From: Geosiphon pyriformis uo1
Lineage: Eukaryota > Fungi > Glomeromycota
NCBI GenBank assembly: GCA_016748015.1
Contig: JAAOMT010000439.1
Coordinates: forward strand, 455,527 to 519,526
Length of the DNA: 64,000 nt
Direction: 5' to 3'
Part shown: piece after piece, positions 36,858-47,659 of the stretch
Numbering within the stretch: position 1 is the stretch's first letter
How the letters are laid out: every line of letters begins with the position of its first letter
Made by a program: the position numbers and the translations under genes
The notes under the pieces: generated by a model
Told to the model about the DNA's origin: nothing
The model's input: the letters and a program-made list of their open reading frames with translations, nothing else
Database searches by the model: none

Positions 36858-37787
36858 TTCCTATCATTAATTAGCATATATTATCAATTCAAATTATCAC
36901 TTATTACATTAGCAAAAAATGTCCGAAATTATCATTTAATTAATAACCCAAATTGTACACAACACAAATGTAACCTAATTGCAATAATCAATCATGCAAT
37001 ACCCCGAACTATGTAATATTCAAAAGTTTGCCGAAATTTATAGAAATTTGCCGAAATAATTGATAGTTCACCGAAATATCTAATAGTTTGCAGAAATAAC
37101 TTATAGTTCACCGAAATGTATCTTTAGTTCAACAAAATTGTAGAAAAGAGCAAAGTTCAAGTTCATAGAATAGTGTTACAACAAGTTGTATAAAAGAAAA
37201 GCTTCTCTTTTTGAGAAAATATATCTTACCTCAGATTTATCAATTAGAATCATTCTTTACACACAGAAATGAAATAAATATCAAATAATTCAAAAAACTA
37301 AATTCTTTAATTATTGCACTTGGAAAATTCTCAAAACCCAACTAACATTTTGAAATTGATTAGCTACCAATTTCAGTAAACTGTTAGTGACTCCAGGCCT
37401 GGATTGAAAACGTTTCTCTTGACAGAATTTCATTTCTTTTACATCTTTTTATTTTTTTCTTTTATTTTCTTACTATAATCATTAAGGTAGTCTACAGACA
37501 AGATTTCTGTAGAAGAGTTGACTTTCACAGCAAAGTAACTATACATTTTAGTGAGCTTCCAGATGAGCAATTCCTGGAAAAGAGTTGACATTTACTACAA
37601 TGTAATTACATAAAATAACTGGCACAGAATTGGCCATTCCACTTATAAGTCCAGCAATTCAAATTATAGAAGATAATTTGAAGATAAATTCAGTTACTGG
37701 AGGTTCAACCACATCCAGAAAACGTGAATTCACAGCAAACAAGCATCAACAACATTTAAGAAAAGAGACCAAAAACTTCTAGTAATA
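36808..37787 (+). repeat. 3' LTR of copy E
   Basis: tgttacc...agtaata; direct repeat of 28041-28944. Confidence 0.94.
37026..37140 (+). repeat. 20-bp period array of TTCGCCGAA-like cores in U3 (A/B/C/E/F family)
   Basis: gtttgccgaaat, atttgccgaaat, gttcaccgaaat, gtttgcagaaat, gttcaccgaaat, gttcaacaaaat at 20-21 bp spacing; TATAAAA at 37189. Confidence 0.85.
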
Positions 37788-38083
37788 CCAGAACTGCAGA
37801 CTCATGATATCAAAGCCTTGCAGAAAAACCAACTGACTTTAATACCTTTAAGCTTGCCTTTCAATGATACTTTTGCAACCCCAATACGTTAATCTAATTG
37901 CAGAATCAATTCAGCATAATTAAACAAAAAGATTATGAAGCAGTAACTACTTATCTCAGATGATTCAATCAAATTTTTTGTCAAATATTAGCTATTGAAA
38001 GGGACTACTACACCATAGTGCAAGTTCTTAATCAATTCATTAAAGGATTACAGAATAGTATTCTAAGATCCATAAGACCTTGT
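37788..38083 (+). pseudogene. gag: H gag capsid fragment between E and F
   Basis: TADS(W)YQSLAEKP...QVLNQFIKGL...IRP, homologous to G gag (57790-58593). Confidence 0.85.
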
Positions 38084-39057
38084 TGTTACCAATAGAATTT
38101 TAACTATTAATTAGCATAAGATTACTCTTATAATTCCTATAATTAATTAGTATATTAATATCATTTCAAATTATCAGTTATTATTTAATCAATTATCACA
38201 TATCACGATTCAATTAAAATAATTTAATTAGTATAACAAAAAGTAAGATGATCAAATTACACAATACCCTGAACTTTGTAACATCCTAAAAATTCGCCAA
38301 AATTTACAGAAATTTGCCGAAATTATAAATAGTTCACCCAAATCAATTAATAGTTCAGCGAAATAATTTGTAGTTCATCAAAATGTATCTTTAATTCACC
38401 AAAATTTGAGCAAAGAGAAAAAGTGCAAGTTCATAGACTAATACTACAACAAGTTGTATAAAAGAAGAGCTTTTTTCTTCAAGAAAATGTATCTTACTTT
38501 AGATTTATCACTTAGAACCATTCCTACACACACAAAAAAAAATAAATATCAAATAATTCAAAAAAAACCAAATTTTTTAATTATTGCACTTGGAAAATCT
38601 TCAAAACCCAATTAACATTTTGAAATTAATTAGCTACCAATTTCAGTAAACTGTTAATGACTCCAGGCCTGGATAGAAAAACATTTCCCTTGATAAAATT
38701 CTATTTCTTTTACATTTCTTTTATTTTTCTTTTCTTTTCTTATTATGATCATTAGGGTAGTCTACAGATGAGATTCCTGTAGAAGAGTTAACTTTCACAG
38801 CAAAGTAACTACACATTTTAGTGAGCTTTCAGACAAGCAATTCTTGGGAAAGAGTTGACGTTTACTACAATGTAACTACATAAAATAACTGGCAAGGAAT
38901 TGGTCATTCCACTTATAAGCCCAGCAGTTTAAATTATAGGAGATAATTTGAAGATAAATTCAGTTATTGGAGATTTAACCACATCCAAAAAACGTAAATT
39001 CACAACAAACAGACATCAACAACATTTAAGAAAAGAGACCAAAAACCTCTGATAACA
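38084..39057 (+). repeat. 5' LTR of copy F
   Basis: tgttacc...gataaca, then the PBS. Confidence 0.94.
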
Positions 39058-39102
39058 TTTGGTGCTCTCTCACAGAAATAACACAGCAACAACAAATTCA
39101 AA

Positions 39103-42100
39103 GTGGCAACCACACCAGACACAGCAACTCTAGAGTATTACCAGTCAATTTACACCCACTGCAAACAAAGATTCAACATTCCAGACGGAATTGAAGTTGT
39201 TAAGAAATCAGTATACCAATACATTAAAAACCACATCAACAATTATTTTTTTGGAAACTACAACATTTCAGAAGTTAGAAGCAACCTCTACAATAATTTA
39301 GTGCACTATTCACAATTGAGAACAGAAGACCTGAACAGTGAAATACTTACTACCTACTTCCAAGAACTTATTTTTAACATTATCAAATATTGTGAAAAAA
39401 AATACTTAGTATAGTCTAAATACTCTTTTGACTTTGAATCAGAAACAAAAACAAGCAACAAAAGTAAACAAAAAGCAAAACAACACTCAAAAACCACTCC
39501 AAACACTTCAATACTGACAAAGACAACTGCTAAACACTTGTAAACACCTGAACAAGGAACCAGTATCAAATTACCACTTTCTATTACACCATTTCTAATT
39601 TCACTTGCTCAACCACAAACACCAAATTTACCTTTTATTCAATTTTCAAGACCAGAAGATTTCACCTCACAAAAAAGGCCTACTCAACAGCAAGAACCAG
39701 TATCAACTAGCACCAACTTTCTTGATTACCTACAAAAAAATGAAAATGGCTTCCACATATATTGCAAAAATTCCTGAATTCACAGAAGAAGACAGCAAAA
39801 CCAGTCCTCAAGAATGGCTTGACAAAGTCTCAAAAGCAGGAGATACAAATAGTTGGAATGCTGCCAGAATGTTAAAAGCAATTCCATATTTCTTACAAGA
39901 AATGGCTGGCAAATGGTTTGAAAACTTGGAAGTCCCACCAGAAAACTGGGAAGCATTCAAAACTGCTTTCTTAAAACAGTTCACTAATAATAACACTTCT
40001 ATTACCCTTCGAAATTGGTTCCGAAATATCAAGCAAGAACCAAGTGAATCAGTTATGATCTATCTTGGGAAATTCAACAAACTGCTTAGAAGAATTCGCC
40101 AATTGGAAACCAATGAATACTACTCCAATGCACAAATTTTGGATCAATTCATTGCTGGACTAAAAGACAAACTTATCAAGAAAGTTCACCCACATGCACC
40201 AGAGGATTTAGCCACTGTTATTCAACAGGCAAAAAACTATAAAATGGCCATGGAAAAAGCCAACTATACCAAACTTGTTAACCTGGCTATTGAAGAAACC
40301 AGCTCAGCAGCTGAAGAGAAGATAGACTAACTCACAAAAAAAGTTGAAAGTTACTTCACAAACCAACAACAACAGCAACAATAACCATAAAGATATCAAC
40401 CCCTACAATGATACAACCAAAACAATTTTGGATCACCATCCAACAACCAACCTCAAAATTGTCATTATTGTGGAATTCCAGGACACTGAAAATGAGATTG
40501 TAAGAAATTACAAAGAGACCAACAAAACAGGAATAATCAATGTTACTCTTCACCACAACAATTTTATTACCAATCTCCACCACCAACCTATTATTTACCA
40601 AGACCACAAAATCAAAACAGTTACTACCCACCAGCTCCACAACCAATGCAGCAACAATATCAGCAACCTTTACCAATTCAGCCATATCAGACACCACCCA
40701 CTCAACAATATTAAGTACCAGTAAGAAGATTGGTTCAACATAACTAATTCACACCTCAAAATCAATCGTAGAATAACCACAACAGAATCAATTCAAATAA
40801 CCAGTTGGTTCCCTGAAATTCTGGTCAGCAAAAACCCAATCACTATCACACTCAACTCAGTTATCTTACAATACCAGAGGAATCGGATTTTCAACAAACT
40901 GTACTTTCTGAAGATGAAGTTACAGCACCAAAATCAAATCCTTCCAACCATACCATTCCACCAGCTTAAATTGCCCAAAATGCCAATCTGTCAGATATAT
41001 TTCCATTTGAATTTGAAGCAAATAAATCACCATTTCTGCTTAGTAATGCAGCAGTCAATGAACAGAAAGCAATTACTGCTATGTATACAGAAGCTACAAT
41101 GGAAGAAAAACCCATTTGCTTAATTTTAGATAGTGGATTGGCTGGAAGTATTATCACTTACCAGCTGATGCAACAGCTCAAACAAAACATAGACAAACCA
41201 GCTCAAACAGTTATTGTCACAGCTAATGGTATAAAGAAGACTTCAGTAGGAAAAATTAATGATTTCCCCTTTTCAATTGATGGAATTACCATTTCAGTTA
41301 AAGTTCTTGTTATGGATGCACCCCAATACCAAGCTCTAGTCGGAAATGATTGGTTTCTCAAGGCCAATGCAAACCTAAACTGGAAAACTCAAGAACTTAA
41401 AATCTCATACCAAGGACAATATACCATAGTACCTGCAACCTGTGGTACCTTTAACAAACAATCAGAAAAAGCCCCAGTATTTGAATTTGAAGAGAAGAAA
41501 AAAATGCCATTTACTGAAACCTACATGGCTTTTGGATTAACATTCAATTGGGCTGAAGAAACAGAACAGGAGATTTTCAAAGAATCAAGAAGATGGAAGA
41601 AAGTTAGATATTCTACACCAGAACCACAGAAACAACCACCCTATATTCCACTCAAATGCAAAGATTGCAACAAAAAACTTTCATCAATGAGAGCATGTAT
41701 TTTTCCTGAAGAAGAATATGAAACTTGTACCTGTTACTTTTGCAAAGCATGCCATAGAGAATGATTTGGATCTCCAAAAAGAAGTGGAAAATGGGACAAC
41801 ACACCTTGCCTTACATGTAGAGATATGTTACCAGAAGAATGCAACTGGATTGATGTTGCAATGAGAGGAGGAGTATGTGATCAAACCTGTTAAATTCAAC
41901 AATTAGAGTAAATGAACATTCAATTGTGTGAAGAATGTATTATGTCTTGTGACGACCAATGATGTTTAGAATATTATGCTCTTAGCATTCCTCTGCCAGA
42001 TGAGAATGATGAAAATGAAATCAAATTTGGAGTATCTGAACTAATAGAAGAACTACCAACCACTCCCATCTATCTTCTTAAAAAGCAACCACCTCTACAA

Positions 42101-44372
42101 CTTAAATATTTTGACAACCATGGCCAAAGAATCAGACCAGAAAAAGCACACGAAATTGATGCTGGATATAACTTAAGGTACCCAGGAAAAGATACTTTGG
42201 TTCTCCAACCAAAATTCTTGACAAAAATCAATCTCAAAATTGCTCTTGAAATTCCACCAGGAGCAATGGTTCAAATTGCCTCCAGATCATCATTGGCAAG
42301 CAAAGAAATCAATATTAGAGGAGGAGTTATAGATGCAGGATACATTGGAGACATTATCATCATGTTACAGAATGAGACAGACAAACCATTCAAAATTGAA
42401 CATGCTGAAAAAATTGCTCAAGCAATTTACTTACCCTTAATCAACATTTCGGGTTTACAATTAGTAAACAACAGAAAACAATTGAGAAAAAGTGAAAGAG
42501 GAACTCAAGGTTTTGGTTCAACTGGACAATTTACAGTTCCAGTAAACATAGCTCTTAATACACAAAATAAATCTCACCAGATTCTTCAACTTCCCCAGCC
42601 AATTATCATTTCATCTTTAGGAGAACATCACGAAATTTACACTTGCTCAAAACTCACCACTACACAACAAATCTTTGAATCCAATGAACAAATCTGTTTG
42701 AAGCATAAAATCTCAATTCCAAACGTTTATATTCCCAAAGGAATGAAAAAAATTCAAGTTACATTCTACAACCCCAATAATTATCTTATTGTCTTATTAA
42801 ACAAACTAGAGATTGGAATCATACACAGCAATATTTTTCAAGATGAAAACTCTCAAATTGTCTCTAATTTCATCGAAATTGTAAGGCACACTCTACGCCC
42901 AAATCCAAATATTATTCCCACTACTAAAAACTACCACTTTTTGAAAGAAAAACTCTCTCAAATCAACATGGGTCCCTTAGAACCTCAACAACAAAAACAA
43001 TTGAAACAATTGATAGCTGAATTTGCAGATATATTTGCAAAAGACAACAATAATCTGGGAAAAATGGATATTGTTCAACATCAGATCCATACAGAAGATG
43101 CTCCACCAAAATGTCAACAAGTTTATCAAGTGCCACCTGCCAGCCACCAATTCATCAGAGAAGAGGTCCAAAGAATGCTCAATAACGAATTGATTCAACC
43201 ATTAAGAAGTCTTTGGGCCTTACCAGTAGTTTTAGTTAAAAAAAAACGGAAAAATCAGATTCTGTGTTGATTATAGACAACTGAATAGTGTTATAATTGG
43301 AGATGCCTACTCTTTTCCAAGAATTGATGACATGCTAGATGCTCTAGAAAAAGCCAAGTTCTTTTCAACTTTAGACTTGGAAAGTGGATACTGGCAAGTC
43401 AAAATGAACCCAAAAGACCGACCCAAAACAGCATTTACCACCCAGAGAGGAAACTATGAGTTTAATGTTATGCCTTTTGGATTTTGCAATGCACCAGCAA
43501 CATTCCAGCGACTCATGGATGTTGTATATGAAAGACTCTTGTGGCAATCAGTAGTTGTCTATCTTGATGACACTGATGTATACTCACCAAGCTTTGAGAC
43601 TTATCTCATTCATCTGCAAGAAGTTTTTCAACGATTATGGAAAGCAGAATTAAAGTTAAACATTGAGAAATGTCACTTTGAAAAAACAAGCTTGATCTTT
43701 CTTGAACACATAATTAGTAAAGATAGAGTCAAACCAAATCCAGGAACAATCAGTGCTGTCAAAAATTTTCAAACTTCCAAAAATACTACAGAACTAAGAG
43801 GATTTGTAGAATTAGTCTCTTACTATCAAAAATTCATAAAAGGATTCTCAAAAATTGTTAAACTACTCAATTATCTTACCAACAAAAATGTACCATACAA
43901 ATGGACTGAAGAACAACAAAAAGCTTTTGAAACTTTCAAAACAAAATTGACAACAGCCTCAGTTCTTGCTTACCCAGACTTCAACAAATGATTTCAATTA
44001 GCTACTGATGCTTTACACATACCATTTGGTGCCATCTTATCACAATTGGATAAAAATGGCCAGGAACAAGTTATTGCCTATGCCAGCAGAATACTCAAGC
44101 CAACAGAACTCAAATATGGCTCAACTGAATTGGAAGCCACTGCAGTCATTTGGGCTCTCAAACACTTTCAACAATATTTGAAGAATGAAAAAGAATTTGA
44201 CATAATAATTGACAATATTGGCCTCAAATGGCTTAATAAAAAGAAAACTGAACAAAGTGTCAAACAGTCTCAATAGAATGACTTCCTAGCAGACTACAGA
44301 TACATTGTACATCACAAACCAAGAAAACTACACACCAATGTTAATAGTCTCTCAAGAATAAGACAATATTAA
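39103..44372 (+). pseudogene. pol: Copy F ORF1 (Gag-PR-Cys-rich domain-dUTPase-RT-RNase H)
   Basis: aaaGTGgca at 39103; ORF 42197-43270 joins dUTPase to RT in frame; YLDD in 43332-43991; ends SRIRQY-TAA at 44370-44372. Confidence 0.92.
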
Positions 44373-44439
44373 TAACAACATTAATACCAACAAAACACCA
44401 ACAAACTTAACAGCAGAACAAACAACAAGATCAACAACA

Positions 44440-45825
44440 ATGGATCCAAAAAACTACAACAACATTAAAAACTACTTGGAGACTCTCACTATGCCAGAAA
44501 ATTGGTCTCCAAGTGAAAAACATCGATTACAACACCAATCCAAACAATATTTTATACACTATAACAAAATATATTACAAAAATCATAAAAACCCAGACCA
44601 ACCACTCAAATTAGTACAGAAAAATAAAAAAGAAACAATTCTATACAACATGTACACAGATTTTTCTTCAGCACACTTGGGAAAAAATGGAACAATTCAA
44701 AGAACTCTTGAACATTATTTTTGGCCTCACATGCAAAAAGACATTTGACAATATGTAGAAACTTGTGATAGTTGTCAAAGAAGAGGAGGAACTTGCTCTA
44801 CAGAACCTTTAAATCCAATCAAAGTTGGACAACTTTTTGACAGAGTTGGAATTAATTTAGTCGGACCATTACCTATCACAACCCAAGGAAATTGTTATAT
44901 TGCAGTTGCAGTGGATTATCTTACCAAATGGCCTGAAGCTAGAGTCATCCAAAGAGTAGATACAAAATCAGTAGCAAATTTTATCTATAAAGACATTATC
45001 TGTAGACATAGATGCCCAATTGAACTCTTATCTGATCAAGGAACACATTTTGTGAACAACTTGATACAAGAAATTTGTAAATGATTCAATGTCAAAAGAC
45101 CTCTATCATCACCTTATCATCCTCAAACAAATGAACTTGTAAAACGTTTTAACAGAACATTGTGTGAATCTCTAGCCAAAGTCTCAACAGACTTTGAACA
45201 GGAATGAGATATCTTTATTCCATCAGTGTTATTAGCATACAGAATACTAAAACAAGATACTACGAAACACACACTATTTGATTTAACTTATAGAAAGACA
45301 GCAACATTACTAATTAATTTCACAGTAGAAACATACCTAGTGCAACCAATCAATGAAGAAAACTTCCAAAAAACACTTTAAAGAAGAGCCTACACTCTTC
45401 TTAGTACACTGGAAGGAAAAAGAAGAATAGCAGCAACTTATATTGAACATTCCCAAGCTTAACAAAAAGAAAGACATAACAACAAATTACCACTTATTAC
45501 CAACGAATTTAAAGTTGGAAATAAAGTTCTCTTACACAGAACTAAGGCTGAAAAACAATAGAGTAGGAAATTTGAAAATAAATGGGATGGACCATTTTAT
45601 ATTCACGAAATTCTAGGCAATGAATCATACAAGTTAAGACTTGATGACAAAATATTAGCAAAAGTTACACATGGAGACAGATTGAAACACTATCATTTCA
45701 GAAACAATCCTGAACTATTAATTCCACAAATTGGTACACATTCCCCTTTAATTAATCCTGAAGATATTCCCCAAAATTTAGAACCAATAATTATAATAGA
45801 ACAATAACCAAACTTGAACACTTAA
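44440..45825 (+). pseudogene. Copy F integrase ORF
   Basis: ATG 44440; HHCC remnant, SDQG, KWDGPFY, LEPIIIIEQ. Confidence 0.9.
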
Positions 45826-45979
45826 ATTTTACAATAATTCTCTAATAAAAACACAAAAACAAAAATAGTAAATAAATTACAAAAACACCCAAACCCAAAA
45901 ACAAATAAAAACCCCATATCAAAAAAAAAAAAATAATAATTTTCTTTATTCTCTTTTTTCATAATTAGTCAATTTTATC

Positions 45980-46687
45980 ATGATTATTCCCCGAAATATT
46001 TAACAAATATCCCAAAAGTTAATGTTAGCCTTAAAAACACTTCTTGACTTATCCATAACGATTAATGGAAGTCAAATTAATTACATTCAGAAAGAAACCA
46101 CAGCCCCAGTAGCAAATCATTCACAGAACTATCACCCCTATAGAAAAAAAACAAGAAGTCACTCTGAAAATAGGTTACCAAGACTTTTGAAGCAAGCACT
46201 AGAAGAAAATCTTTTAATTGCTCCTATTAACATTCCACCAAATGCTACAATGCAACAAAAACTTCTACTACTTCTTAATAAACAGAACAATGAACACATC
46301 CCTATCTATAAATACTTTCACATTGGAAAGACACTTTATGAACGAAAAATGAAACTTGAAACAACAAATCTCACTCTTAAAGCTATATAAAAACAAATCT
46401 ACAATGAATTCAAAACAGCAGCTGGACCAACAAACACTCACTACAAACTTAGAGCAGCTTTTAGACTCTATGATTTGTTTAATACTTGTGAAAATGTTCT
46501 ACAAAATCCAATACTGCAACCAATGAAAGTCCAATACATTGGCAAACTCACAGAACTGAAATTTCAACAATTTTCAGACCAGATTACTTCAATTATTTTG
46601 GATCACTATCTCAATATTACAGATAGTGCTTGGACTTTGATGAAGCTCAGTCTTGAGGAGGATATTATGTTACCAGTAGAATTTTAG
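45980..46687 (+). pseudogene. Copy F ORF3
   Basis: ATG 45980 (MIIPRNI.QISQKLMLALK); ORFs 46022-46390 and 46475-46687 are in frame across a CAA>TAA stop. Confidence 0.85.
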
Positions 46688-47659
46688 CTATTAATTAGCA
46701 TAAAATTACTCTTATAATTCCTATAATTAATTAGTATATTAATATCATTTCAAATTATCAGTTATTATTTAATAAATTATCACATATCACAATTCAATTA
46801 AAATAATCTAATTAGTATAACAGAAAGTAGAATGATCAAATTACACAATACCCTGAACTTTGTAACATCCTAAAAATTTGCTGAAATTTACAGAAATTTG
46901 TTGAAATTTATAAGAAATTTGCCAAAATTATAAATAGTTTACCCAAATCAATCAATAGTTCAGCAAAATAACTTGTAGTTTATCAAAATGTATCTTTAAT
47001 TCGCCAAAATTTGAGCAAAGAGAAAAAGTGCAAGTTCATAGACTAATACTACAACAAGTTGTATAAAAGAAGAGCTTTTCTCTTCAAGAAAATGTATCTT
47101 ACTTTAGATTTATCACTTAGAACCATTCCTACACACACAAAAAAAAAATATCAAATAATTCAAAAAAAACCAAATTTTTTAATTATTGCACTTAGAAAAT
47201 CCTCAAAACCCAACTAACATTTTGAAATTGATTAGTTACCAATTTCAGTAAACTGTTAGTGACTCCAGGCCTGAATAGAAAAACATTTCCCTTGATAAAA
47301 TTCTATTTCTTTTACATTTTTTTTATTTTTCTTTTATTTTTTTATTATAATCATTAAGGTAGCTTACAGACAAGATTCCTGTAAAAGAGTTGACTTTTAC
47401 AGCAAAGTAACTACACATTTTAGTAAGCTTCCAGATGAGCAATTTCTGAGAAAGAGTTGATGTTTACTACAATGTAACTACATAAAGTAACTGGCAAGGA
47501 ATTGACCATTTCACTTATAAGCCCAGCAGTTCAAATTATAGGAGATAATTTGAAGATAAATTCAGTTATTGAAGGTTCAACCACATCCAGAAAATGTGAA
47601 TTCACAACAAACAGGCATTAACAACATTTAAGAAAAGAGACCAAAAACCTCCAGTAACA
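46668..47659 (+). repeat. 3' LTR of copy F
   Basis: tgttacc...cagtaaca. Confidence 0.94.

Larger units (their letters stand above)
28041..37787 (+). mobile_element. Ty3/Gypsy LTR retrotransposon copy E (full length), inserted in H gag
   Basis: LTRs 28041-28944 and 36808-37787, PBS 28945-28962, PPT gaggaggagg, TSD ctgg/ccag. Confidence 0.96.
38084..47659 (+). mobile_element. Ty3/Gypsy LTR retrotransposon copy F (full length, two small internal deletions), inserted in H gag
   Basis: LTRs 38084-39057 and 46668-47659, PBS 39058-39075, PPT gaggagga, TSD ttgt/ccat. Confidence 0.96.

Noticed and set aside
37026-37140. TTCnnnGAA read as a STAT/GAS site or heat-shock element
   Set aside because: HSE spacing is TTCnnGAA, and nothing supports a STAT factor in the inferred fungal host.
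45540-45825. Chromodomain at the integrase C-terminus
   Set aside because: Only a GPF/SH3-like region and a short tail are present; no chromodomain aromatic pattern.
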